From NCBI GenBank assembly GCA_963799485.1, contig CAWCXJ010000007.1, positions 192,001 through 256,000 on the forward strand: 64,000 nt of DNA, written 5' to 3'. A program made the translations under genes and the position numbers. The notes under the pieces are model-generated. The model worked only from the letters and a program-made list of their open reading frames with translations, had not been told where the DNA came from and did no database searches. This DNA comes from an uncultured Trueperaceae bacterium (lineage in GTDB: Bacteria; Deinococcota; Deinococci; Deinococcales; Trueperaceae). Within the stretch, counting starts at the first letter, position 1, and each line of letters begins with the position of its first letter. Below are positions 21,057 through 29,956 of the stretch, one piece after another.

Positions 21057-21078
21057 CGGTATCTGCTACGCTTGGCTT

Positions 21079-21459
21079 ATGAGTGATGTTACCGATACCG
21101 ATGTTTTTGCTAACGAAGCGGCCCTAGACACATCCGCAAGCGACTTGCCGAGCAAAGAAGCGCTGCTAGAAGCGCTCAAGGTCGTTAAAGACCCGGAAAT
21201 CCCCGTCAACGTCGTCGATTTAGGGCTAATTTACAACGTTGATATCAAAGCGGGTGGCGAGGTCGATATCGACATGACCCTGACGAGTATGGGCTGTCCG
21301 GTTCAGGACATGATTCAAGCCGACGCCGAACTCGCGTGTATGCAGGTCGAGGGCGTAAAAAAAGTCAACGTCGAGTTCGTCTGGTCGCCGCCGTGGAGCC
21401 CTGCCAAAATGAGCGAAGACGGCAAAAAACAGATGCGGATGTTCGGCTTCAATCTGTAA
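21079..21459 (+). CDS. Metal-sulfur cluster assembly factor (DUF59/SufT/PaaD-like)
   Basis: VKDPEIPVNVVDLGLIY, MTLTSMGCP, VWSPPWS. Confidence 0.92.
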   Translation: MSDVTDTDVFANEAALDTSASDLPSKEALLEALKVVKDPEIPVNVVDLGLIYNVDIKAGGEVDIDMTLTSMGCPVQDMIQADAELACMQVEGVKKVNVEFVWSPPWSPAKMSEDGKKQMRMFGFNL

Positions 21460-21515
21460 CGGCGTTTTTACGGCAGGTTGAAGCAGTCCGCCCAAGGTCT
21501 GCGCCCGCGGTTCGG

Positions 21516-21609
21516 CTTACGACACCGTAAAAGTCGGAGAAAACCCTATTCAACGTGGACTGGACTTTTCAAGTTCTAACACTTACAACGCCGTAAAGGT
21601 CGGAGAAAA
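21516..21609 (+). repeat. Two-copy 28-bp degenerate direct repeat, 66-bp period
   Basis: cttacgacaccgtaaaagtcggagaaaa (21516) vs cttacaacgccgtaaaggtcggagaaaa (21582), 25/28 identical. Confidence 0.7.
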
Positions 21610-21690
21610 GTGACGGGTTTTACGGCGCTGCACGGCTCAAGCCCTATCCAACGTCGGCTCGGCTACTGCTCCTGACCCAAATATCCCGCC

Positions 21691-22134
21691 CTAAGCGCGG
21701 TGATACGGATGCCCCGCCCGAATCGTTTCGCTGCGGTAAAGCTGCTCCAAAAGTAGCAGCCGCGCGAGTTCATGCGGCAACGTCAGTTTAGAAAGGCTCC
21801 ACAACTCGTCAACCTGAGCTTTAAGCGCCTCGCCGTGACCGTTCGCGCCGCCGAGCAGAAAACTCAGCTGAGAGACCGAGCGGGTCTCGAGGTCGCTCGT
21901 GCGCGCCGCCCACGACGCCGAAGTGTGTTCTTTGCCGCCTTCATCGAGCGCAATCAGGTAGCCCTTTGCCGCTTTGAGGAGCGCCGCGCCCTCTTGTTCA
22001 ACTTGATCACGGCCCTCTTTAAGCTCGCGCATTTCAACCTTGGCATACGGCCCGAGCCGCGCCAAAAAGTGGTCGCACCCCATTTGCAAAAACCCGCGCC
22101 TGAGCTTGCCGATGGCGATAACTTGATATTTCAC
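21691..22134 (-). CDS. rlmH: 23S rRNA (pseudouridine1915-N3)-methyltransferase
   Basis: IAIGKL, FLLGGANG, SLSKLTLPHELARL.LLEQLYR, HPYH. Confidence 0.95.
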   Translation of the reverse strand: MKYQVIAIGKLRRGFLQMGCDHFLARLGPYAKVEMRELKEGRDQVEQEGAALLKAAKGYLIALDEGGKEHTSASWAARTSDLETRSVSQLSFLLGGANGHGEALKAQVDELWSLSKLTLPHELARLLLLEQLYRSETIRAGHPYHRA

Positions 22135-22161
22135 AAAAATCTTAGCAGAAACTGCAGCAAA

Positions 22162-23058
22162 CTAGGCCGGGGTTTTTTCATTCGGTTCGGTTTCGTAGAG
22201 TGGCGTCTTCGCGGTTACGCTGAGTTTGTCCAACAGCTCTCGCTGCCGCGTTTTTCGTAGGTTGCTGGACTCGAGCGCCGCCTCTAAAACCTCCCGGTCC
22301 AGAGCCGTAAGCAAAAGTTTCATCTCGGAGCGTGAAAACGTCTTGGCGTACAAGATGTGTTCTTCAAAGGCCCGGTACGCTAAGGGCGCGACGGCGCGGG
22401 CAAGTTCTGCTATCACCTCGCCGTAAACCCGGATTTCGTACTGGGCGTGCGCGTCTAGCCGGAGCCGTAAAAAGTGAAAGAGATTGTGCAGGTCGATCTG
22501 CCAGTACATCTCGGTGTACAAACTCAGCGGCAGGTTGATGCGGGCGAGTTCACGAGCGACGTCTTCGTCTAGCAACGCTTCATACGCCGTAAACGCACCC
22601 TGCTGACCGCTTTGGAGTAGCTTTAAGGTCCGTGCTTGCAGTTCGGCCGGAACCTCTTCATCGCTGCGGCCTTGTTTGTTCGCCGCACTTTGCCGCCGCA
22701 CTTGCGCCGCGTCGGGCAGGTAAAACTCGTCTCGCATCACGCTGTAACGCCCGGAAATCTCGTTGAGCCGCGCCGTGCGGTGCCGTAACCACTGCCTAGC
22801 TACAAAAATCGGCAGCTTGAGGTGAAACGTCAGGACGACTTGCTCGAGGGGTGAAGTGTGTTTATGCCGCACCAAGTAATCGATCAGCGCCCCGTCTTCA
22901 CGAACCGTCTTGGTACCCTCCTGATACGACACTCTCGCCGCCTGCACGATGCGGGCGTCGCCGCCCAGATAATCCACCAGCCTTACAAATCCTTTGTCCA
23001 GCACGCGGTGCTCGCGTCCTAGAAGCGCGTCTGCCGCTGCAACATGGGGCCTCGTCAT
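22162..23058 (-). CDS. thyX: FAD-dependent thymidylate synthase
   Basis: HTSPLE, RQWLRHRTA..NEISGRYS, ELARINLP, HAQYEIR. Confidence 0.96.
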   Translation of the reverse strand: MTRPHVAAADALLGREHRVLDKGFVRLVDYLGGDARIVQAARVSYQEGTKTVREDGALIDYLVRHKHTSPLEQVVLTFHLKLPIFVARQWLRHRTARLNEISGRYSVMRDEFYLPDAAQVRRQSAANKQGRSDEEVPAELQARTLKLLQSGQQGAFTAYEALLDEDVARELARINLPLSLYTEMYWQIDLHNLFHFLRLRLDAHAQYEIRVYGEVIAELARAVAPLAYRAFEEHILYAKTFSRSEMKLLLTALDREVLEAALESSNLRKTRQRELLDKLSVTAKTPLYETEPNEKTPA

Positions 23059-23326
23059 AGACTCATCTTACGCTTTGCACGGGGCGTCACTTAGGTTTTT
23101 GGCGCGAAGCTCGAGCGCCCGGTCGGACAGGTCGGCGAACCAAGCCGAGCTGTGTACTTTGTACTTTCTCACGCAAGTTTGGCGTGTTGCGCGCAGAGAA
23201 AGTCTTGTGTTAGAGGTAGCGCGCACCACCTTTGCCAGACGCACCACACCGGTATGAAGTATGAGTCGGCTTGTAAGAGCTATGTGTAACTTACGCAAAT
23301 GCCGTGTGACACGTGACAAACGAACC

Positions 23327-23500
23327 TTGGCAGTGAGGTGTAAGAATACCTATAATTCAGCTCGAGGCATTCTTTCTCATCTTTACGGGGGCGTCAAAAA
23401 GAGTGTTCCAGAGTGCATTTTTTGTTTACAGTCGGCGGCTTCGGGATTTCTCACAGGCTGCTAATCCTATTTGACACTCACCTAAAGCTTATGGAATACT
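23327..23500 (+). promoter_or_regulatory. Tandem putative promoters upstream of S-layer gene
   Basis: TTGGCA-18-TATAAT (23327-23356) and TTGACA-18-AATACT (23471-23500). Confidence 0.5.
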
Positions 23501-23697
23501 GCCTGTGGATTTGTGCCTTTAGGGTCGCAGCGGAGGGAGGTGACTACCACTTGAACCGGCCTAAAAAGATCACGACTCCCGGTGTGCAGCGTCTTCTTGA
23601 AAGCGTAGCTATGAGGAAACTCGGAAACTCTCGTTACGCCCCGTTTTACTACCGCCCACCGACGCTATCTACCGTACGTTCAAGGGGTATACCTACT

Positions 23698-26628
23698 ATG
23701 AAAAAAATCCTACTCGCTCTTCTAGCTTCGACCGCCGTAGGCGGCGTTGCAGCCGCGCAGAGTTTCCCGGATGTTCCGGCCGACTCTTACGCGGCGGAAG
23801 CTGTTTCGCGACTTGCCGACCTTGGCATCGTGATCGGTTTTCCCGACGGCACCTTCCGTGGCAACGAAGCGTTTACCCGCTACCAGGCCGCGCTTGTCGT
23901 CACCCGTCTGCTCGACACCGTGCAAGGTGAGATGCTCACCGACGCCGACCTCGACACGCTCCGTAACGCGCTGCAAGAACTTGCCAGCGACGTTGCCGCC
24001 AATCAGCAGTCGGTCAGCGACCTTCAGGCCGCGATCGACGGCGCCGGCAACGCCGATTCCCAAGCGGTTGAAGAACTCCAGGCCCAGCTCGACGCCCTGA
24101 CCGTCGAACTCGATACGCTGAGCGCTGCGGGCGCTGCAGGTGCAGAGCTCGAGCAGCAGGTCCAGTCGAACACCGACCAGATCGGTCAGCTCAACGACCT
24201 CGTGGGCATCTTAAACGAGGACATTTCCGGGCTCAGCACCGGCGGCGAAGTCGATACTGCATTTTTGGACGACATCGCCCAGAACACCTCCGACGTTGCC
24301 AACCTGCGCGAATTCGTGGTGCTGCTCCGCCGTAACCAGGCCGGTCTGACCGAACGCGTCGCGACGATTGAAGAGAGCGACACCGCGCAAAACGCACGTC
24401 TCGACGATATCGACACCCGGGTTGCAGCTTTAGAGCAGGCTGCGGTTGCCTTTAGCGGCTCGATCGGCCTCAAGTACGACGTGGCCCGCCTTAGCGGTGC
24501 GGAAGTTCCCTTCGACGTCGACCGCATCTTCGGGATTGGTCAAGAACGCGCACAATCCGAATCGTACTTCTCCGGCGACTTCGCGAGTGCCACCGACGAC
24601 CTTAACGACGACGGCGACGAGACGGACGAAGGCGAAACCGCCCAAGACCGTCAGGACATCGAGTTTTCAGCAGGCAACTTCGGCCCGGAGCTGACCCTAA
24701 ACATCAACTTCTCGCAGGCGCGCGGTATCGCGCCCGAGTCGGGGCTTAACGCCTTCGACGCTTCTGTAGCCCTCGAGCTTCGTGAAGCCACGATCCTCAA
24801 AGAGGGTATCGATGTTGCTGTTCCGGGTGCGACAACCGACCCCGACAACTACTTCGGTGGGTACGCCTTCGAGTTCAACTCGTTTGAAGCAACGCTTGGG
24901 CCTATCGGCGCTGACCCGATCAACTTCTTCTACGGCGAAGACCCGGGTGCTTCGTTTACCGACTACGTGTTCGAGTCCCTCGGGCCGGGTTTCCGCCTCG
25001 ACATCGGTACGCCCGACTTCTTGGCCTTCTTGCAGCCCACCTTGCAAATCGCATACGGCGTTTACAACAGCGGTGGCGACACCGACGACGATACCCTCGA
25101 GCTGCCCGACAACGGCAAAGACACGCTCGCGCTGGGCGGTGCGCCGGTTCCGAACCCCCTTGCCGACGCCTACTACCGCGGCATCCGCGGGACGCTGACG
25201 CCCTTTTCGGGTGAAGGCTTCTCGGCTACGGGTGGCTTCTCGGTCGCGCAGCTCTCGGGCTTTGCTGCCGACAACGCCGACGCCGCCATTGGCCCCGACG
25301 GAACACCTGGTGACAACGTAGACGTCAGCGTTTACGGCCTCGACGGCGAAGTCAACCTGAGCATCTTCAACCTCACCTTCGAGTACGCTCAAAACGACAT
25401 CAGCGACGGCTTTTTGTTCCAGCAAGACGACAACTACCTCAACGGCCCCGGTGCTGGCGATACCGACTATGTTGACTTCACGGGTGCGCCCATAGACTCA
25501 GCCGACCGTATCCCCATCGCGGTTGACGGTTCAGACCTCGACAGCTCGATGGTCTACGGCGAACTCTCGGTTGACACCGAAGCCGCCGGCATTCCGCTCC
25601 TCCGCAGCCTCGAGGCCAACTACCGCGACATCCCCCAATTCTGGTACGGCCTCAAGTACGACGAGGACACCTACCCCTGGAAAACCGACCAAACCGGTTT
25701 CGGCGCTTCGGCGACGGTCGGTCTGTCCATCTTCAACCTGACTGGTTTTTACGATACCTACACGATCGCCGAAGCTGTAACTGAACCCGGCCTCGGTAGC
25801 GATCCGGCTGTTACGGGTAACGAAGTTGCTGCCTACGGTGTTGAACTCGGTGCTACGCTCTACCGCGCAGTTGAAGTCTACGGCTTTTATACCTACATTA
25901 CGCTCGACGGTAGCCCTGTCCAGCTGCTCGACAGCGCCGACCGCAACGACGCATACGTCGCCGGTGTAGGTGTCGGCGTGCGGCACGACGGTGAGGCCGA
26001 AGATGCGCTCGTTCCGGGTGTCGACTTCGATGTGGTCTACAGCATTAACAACAACAAGTTCTCGGCGGCAAACCTAAATGCCGAAGGTACCGTTGCAGGC
26101 TTTACCCTTACGCCTTATGTTGACTTTACCGTCGACGACATCAACCTGCCCGCATCGGACGACGTAACGGCGCTCGAGGCTGGTACCGGCATCACGACCC
26201 AACCGCTCAACGTCTTGCTCCAGCCGAGCTTTGCGGGAAATATCAACTACCGCAACGCCGACCATACGGATGTTGAGGCCGTTCCCGGCGGTTACACTGC
26301 CAACGTACTGCAGTACTCGGTTGGTGTGAACTTCAACCAGTTCTTGCTCGAAAACAGCACGCTCGGAGTCCGTTACGGCTACTACTCGGGTACGAACATC
26401 CAGCTCAACCCGAACGTCAACGGCACAGGCGACTTTGCCAGCGACATCTCGGACGGCGACGTGTTTACAGATGGCGTAACCCAGGTTACCAGCGGCTACG
26501 AAGTCGTGTGGAACTACTACGGGCTCGAGTTCGGTTACGGTGCCTACCTCAGCGATATCAACGGTGACGCTGCAGGTGGCGCAACCGGCGGGCAAGCCTT
26601 CTCAATCCTCTACACGGTCAACTTCTAG
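23698..26628 (+). CDS. slpA: SlpA-type S-layer/outer-membrane tether (signal peptide, SLH domain, coiled coil, large beta-barrel)
   Basis: FPDVP..YAAEAV..L..LGIVIGFPDGTFRGN..TRYQAA SLH; heptad region; beta-rich C-half ending YTVNF. Confidence 0.88.
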   Translation: MKKILLALLASTAVGGVAAAQSFPDVPADSYAAEAVSRLADLGIVIGFPDGTFRGNEAFTRYQAALVVTRLLDTVQGEMLTDADLDTLRNALQELASDVAANQQSVSDLQAAIDGAGNADSQAVEELQAQLDALTVELDTLSAAGAAGAELEQQVQSNTDQIGQLNDLVGILNEDISGLSTGGEVDTAFLDDIAQNTSDVANLREFVVLLRRNQAGLTERVATIEESDTAQNARLDDIDTRVAALEQAAVAFSGSIGLKYDVARLSGAEVPFDVDRIFGIGQERAQSESYFSGDFASATDDLNDDGDETDEGETAQDRQDIEFSAGNFGPELTLNINFSQARGIAPESGLNAFDASVALELREATILKEGIDVAVPGATTDPDNYFGGYAFEFNSFEATLGPIGADPINFFYGEDPGASFTDYVFESLGPGFRLDIGTPDFLAFLQPTLQIAYGVYNSGGDTDDDTLELPDNGKDTLALGGAPVPNPLADAYYRGIRGTLTPFSGEGFSATGGFSVAQLSGFAADNADAAIGPDGTPGDNVDVSVYGLDGEVNLSIFNLTFEYAQNDISDGFLFQQDDNYLNGPGAGDTDYVDFTGAPIDSADRIPIAVDGSDLDSSMVYGELSVDTEAAGIPLLRSLEANYRDIPQFWYGLKYDEDTYPWKTDQTGFGASATVGLSIFNLTGFYDTYTIAEAVTEPGLGSDPAVTGNEVAAYGVELGATLYRAVEVYGFYTYITLDGSPVQLLDSADRNDAYVAGVGVGVRHDGEAEDALVPGVDFDVVYSINNNKFSAANLNAEGTVAGFTLTPYVDFTVDDINLPASDDVTALEAGTGITTQPLNVLLQPSFAGNINYRNADHTDVEAVPGGYTANVLQYSVGVNFNQFLLENSTLGVRYGYYSGTNIQLNPNVNGTGDFASDISDGDVFTDGVTQVTSGYEVVWNYYGLEFGYGAYLSDINGDAAGGATGGQAFSILYTVNF

Positions 26629-26654
26629 ACCGCTGGAGCGAACAGCTAAAGTAC

Positions 26655-26680
26655 AGAGAGTCCTTCGGGGCTCTCTTTTT
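26655..26680 (+). terminator. Intrinsic terminator of slpA
   Basis: AGAGAGTCC-TTCG-GGGCTCTCT-TTTT. Confidence 0.85.
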
Positions 26681-26739
26681 ATTTTTTGTTATGTTCTTGC
26701 ACGCCAAATCGGGTTTACGGCGCGCGGTAAGATTTAGCT

Positions 26740-27402
26740 ATGTTTACCACTGCACAACTCTTCGACGCGGCGCAGCTGTCCCCGGAACTGCAGGTTTTGT
26801 TAGAGACAGAATTTCCCTGGGAAATACTTGCCCGACTCGACGCGTTTGCTGCTGATATTCCCGCGCAAATTCTCGGCGATGTTCACCCTACGGCGGTACT
26901 CACGGGTAATGTGTACGTCGCCGCCGGAGCTAAGGTTATGCCGCACGTCTTTATCGAAGGCCCGGTGTGGCTCGGCGCAGGAGCGGAAGTGGGTCATGGG
27001 GCTTACTTACGCGGCAAGGTCGTACTTGCGCCTAAAGCCAAAGTCGGTCACGCGGTCGAGGTCAAACGGTCGGTCTTTTTACCTGGCGCAGTAGCGGCGC
27101 ATTTTAACTACGTTGGTGACTCGGTACTTGGTTCGGGCGTCAATCTAGGTGCCGGGGCCAAGCTCGCCAATTTTCGGACGCTTGCTGGAACGGTTAAGGT
27201 CGCAGGTGTTGACACGGGTTTGCGTAAGTTCGGCGCGGCGCTCGGCGACGGCGTTTCGCTCGGGTGTAACAGCGTCACCGGGCCGGGTACGGTCATCGGC
27301 CCGCGCACGGTGGCGTATCACGGCTCGCTGCTGCGCGGGCTCTACCCGGCAGATACGGTGCTTAAGGTGCGGCAGGGGCTCGAGACCGCAAAGCTACGGT
27401 AA
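26740..27402 (+). CDS. Stand-alone hexapeptide-repeat (left-handed beta-helix) GlmU C-terminal-like acetyltransferase
   Basis: FPWE.L, EVKRS, HFNYVGDSVLG..VNLGAG, RKFGA.LGD...GCN. Confidence 0.8.
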   Translation: MFTTAQLFDAAQLSPELQVLLETEFPWEILARLDAFAADIPAQILGDVHPTAVLTGNVYVAAGAKVMPHVFIEGPVWLGAGAEVGHGAYLRGKVVLAPKAKVGHAVEVKRSVFLPGAVAAHFNYVGDSVLGSGVNLGAGAKLANFRTLAGTVKVAGVDTGLRKFGAALGDGVSLGCNSVTGPGTVIGPRTVAYHGSLLRGLYPADTVLKVRQGLETAKLR

Positions 27403-27409
27403 ACAGCCC

Positions 27410-27997
27410 CTGGTCTTTCCCCTCTACGACGCTAACTTACGTTACCTGGGGGCTTATCTTCGTCAACGTCCTCACCTTTTTTATGTTCTCTCCCTTCCAA
27501 CACTTGAAACCGAACCTCTTGTTGTACAGCCTTATTCCGCTGCCTGACGCCTACCGCCTGTGGGCCAGTGTGTTCGTTCACGGCGGTTGGGCGCATATTT
27601 GGGAATATGTTTCTGCTCGCTTCGGCGACAACATCGAGGACTGCTTGGGGCGTGGGCGCTACCTGCTGTTTTATCTTGGCGGCGGGGTGTTTGCAACGCT
27701 TGCTCACGGGCTTTTTGTTCCCGGCTCACCTGCGCCCGATGATCGGCGCGTCGGGGCTATCAGCGTGGTTTTAGGCGCGTACATCGTGCTGTTTCCCCGC
27801 TAACGCATCCTGACGTTCGTCCCGACTTTTTTATCTTCCGGCTCCCGGCGTGGTTTTACCTGGGGTACTGGGCGCTTCTTCAGGCGCTCGCGGCAGTGAG
27901 GGCGCGGTCGTCGCCTCCGGTGGCGGGGTAGCGTGGTGGGCGCACGTGGGCGGTGCGTTTCCGGGTTCCGGTCAGAGCTACAGAGCGGTCCCTGTAA
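27410..27997 (+). pseudogene. Rhomboid intramembrane protease pseudogene
   Basis: Fragments in different frames: FPLYDAN, FVHGGWAHI, FGDNIED.LG..RYLLFYL, IGASG, VAWWAHVGG. Confidence 0.8.
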
Positions 27998-28006
27998 AAA
28001 TCGAGT

Positions 28007-28037
28007 GAAAAACGCGCGCCGGTAGGTGGCGCGCGTT
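28007..28037 (-). terminator. Intrinsic terminator of hpf
   Basis: AACGCGCGCC-N7-GGCGCGCGTT with T-run on minus strand. Confidence 0.7.
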
Positions 28038-28061
28038 CAAACGACGGCGGGAATAGCGCCT

Positions 28062-28637
28062 TTAACTTTCGGGTTCGATAAGGCCGTAGTTGCCGTCGAA
28101 GCGCAGGTAGATCACGTTGATGTCGTCTGATTCCATGTTGCGAAAGACAAAAAACGAGTGTCCGAGCGCCTCCATCTGCATGGCGGCGTCTTCAGGCGAC
28201 ATCGGGCGCATGACGTGCCGCTTGACCCGGACGATTTCGCCTTCTTCGGGTTCCGCTTCCGTTTCGGCGGGTAGATCGCCTTCCAAAGGCAGCGGCGGCA
28301 ACTCACCCTCGAGCAGTGTGGGGTCTTGCGTCCGTTGGGTGATTTTACGTTCCTTAAAACGCCTGAGCTGACGCTCGAGCTTCTCTACCACCATATCGGT
28401 CGCCGCGTAGGTGTCGGGGCCATTTTCTTCGGCGCGCACAATGCCCTGAGGCAAATTGAGCTGCACCTCGACCTTCGCCGGGAGCGCCGGGTTACCGTCG
28501 GTCTTGTAACTCATGACGACTTTGGCGTCGACGATGTGGTCGGAGTAGCGGCTGAGTTTATCGAGCTTTTCCTCGGCGTGGGTACGCATCGCGTCGGTAA
28601 CTTCGATGTTGCGACCAATCAGCTTGTAGATATCCAT
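28062..28637 (-). CDS. hpf: Long ribosome hibernation promoting factor (HPF/RaiA)
   Basis: GRNIEVTDAMR..KL.KL, YAA.D....KLERQLRR.K, PMSPEDAA.QM..LGH.FFVF. Confidence 0.93.
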   Translation of the reverse strand: MDIYKLIGRNIEVTDAMRTHAEEKLDKLSRYSDHIVDAKVVMSYKTDGNPALPAKVEVQLNLPQGIVRAEENGPDTYAATDMVVEKLERQLRRFKERKITQRTQDPTLLEGELPPLPLEGDLPAETEAEPEEGEIVRVKRHVMRPMSPEDAAMQMEALGHSFFVFRNMESDDINVIYLRFDGNYGLIEPES

Positions 28638-28848
28638 CTAAACCTCCTGGGAGTGGCGGAAACCCTGACGTATCCGCATGTCGATTCGGTGCGTCTTGGT
28701 CTAGCTGCGCTCAGGCCGACCCAACCTAAACGCAACCGGCTTTGAGTGACGCCTAGTCTAGCACCCGAAGCTTTGCCTGACGGGGTAGCGTTCATCACAA
28801 ACGTGCAGCGGACCAAACTTGTTCCCATAAAGGACAAGTCGCGGTCGG

Positions 28849-29085
28849 CTACGCTTGTTTTGCAGGCAAGTTGGCGACTAAAACCATCCGGTCGCCCTGC
28901 TGCTCCAAAGACACGTCGTAGTCGGTATCGTCGGCAGGAAAGTATTTGCTGATGACCTGCAAAAGTTCGTTTTTCAGTTCGTCCATCTTGCCGGGGGCGA
29001 GGCCCGAGCGGTCGTAAGAGAGGATGATTTTAAGACGCTCTTTAACCTTGTCTTTGCTCTTTTGCCGTCCAAAAAGCCCAAACAT
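28849..29085 (-). CDS. minE: Cell division topological specificity factor
   Basis: KSKD..KERLKII..DR, ELLQVISKY; directly after minD. Confidence 0.92.
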   Translation of the reverse strand: MFGLFGRQKSKDKVKERLKIILSYDRSGLAPGKMDELKNELLQVISKYFPADDTDYDVSLEQQGDRMVLVANLPAKQA

Positions 29086-29891
29086 CAGTCCATCCCCAAA
29101 ATGCGGCGCAAATACGACATCAAGCCTTTTTTGCTCTCCAACGCGGCGTGCGGGATGTCTTGCCCCTGCACCCGTTTGGCGATGCTGCGAAACGCGTCTC
29201 CGGCTTTCGATTTGCCGGTCTCCAAGCTGATCGGACTCCCGATATTTGTCGAGATGATAATCTGTTCGTCTTCCGGGACGATGCCGATAAGTTTGATGCC
29301 TAAGATTTCCAGCACATCATCGACTTCCAGCATATCGCCGCGTTTGACCATCTCGGGGCGCAAACGGTTGATGATGCACTTGACCTCGGTGATGCCGCGC
29401 GCTTCTAACAGGCCGATGATGCGGTCGGCGTCGCGGACGCTGCTGACCTCCGGGTTGACGACGACGAGCGCCCCTTCTGCGGCGCTCGCAGCGGTTTGAA
29501 AACCCGACTCGATACCTGCGGGCGAGTCGATCAAAATGCGGTCGAAACCCTCTTCGTCGATAAGTTTCTGCACCGTCTCCTGCATCCGCTCCTCACTCAA
29601 GGCGCTCTTGTCGCGCGTCTGCGAAGCGGCCAAAAGGTGCAGGTTTTCTACGCGCTTGTCGCGGATGAGTGCCTGTTTGAGTTTGCAGCGTCCTTCGAAC
29701 ACGTCGATGAGGTCGTAGACGACGCGGCCCTCGAGCCCCATCACCACGTCCAAATTACGAAGTCCGACATCGGTGTCGATCACGACGACTTTTTCGCCGA
29801 GTTGTGCGAGCGCCGCCCCGACGTTGGCGGTCGTCGTAGTTTTGCCGACGCCCCCCTTGCCTGAAGTGACGACGAGTGCTTTAGCGTTCAA
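29085..29891 (-). CDS. minD: Septum site-determining ATPase
   Basis: SGKGGVGKTT, GLRNLD, DSPAGIE, PEVSSVRDADR. Confidence 0.96.
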   Translation of the reverse strand: MNAKALVVTSGKGGVGKTTTTANVGAALAQLGEKVVVIDTDVGLRNLDVVMGLEGRVVYDLIDVFEGRCKLKQALIRDKRVENLHLLAASQTRDKSALSEERMQETVQKLIDEEGFDRILIDSPAGIESGFQTAASAAEGALVVVNPEVSSVRDADRIIGLLEARGITEVKCIINRLRPEMVKRGDMLEVDDVLEILGIKLIGIVPEDEQIIISTNIGSPISLETGKSKAGDAFRSIAKRVQGQDIPHAALESKKGLMSYLRRILGMD

Positions 29892-29956
29892 TGTGCCTCC
29901 TTCGGCTCGGCCTCAGCAGCGGAGCCAACCCTACCTAAATCGGTAGATTGTAACAT

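Noticed and set aside
21516..21609. CRISPR mini-array (28-bp repeat, 38-bp spacer)
   Set aside because: Only two degenerate non-palindromic copies, no leader and no cas genes; the 66-bp period is a codon multiple
23413..23697. 95-aa N-terminal extension of SlpA in the ORF track
   Set aside because: A signal peptide begins at ATG 23698 after a GGGG SD-like stretch, and the extension overlaps promoter elements
28849..29891. minDE without minC as a novelty
   Set aside because: minC may simply lie elsewhere; this cannot be judged from the window
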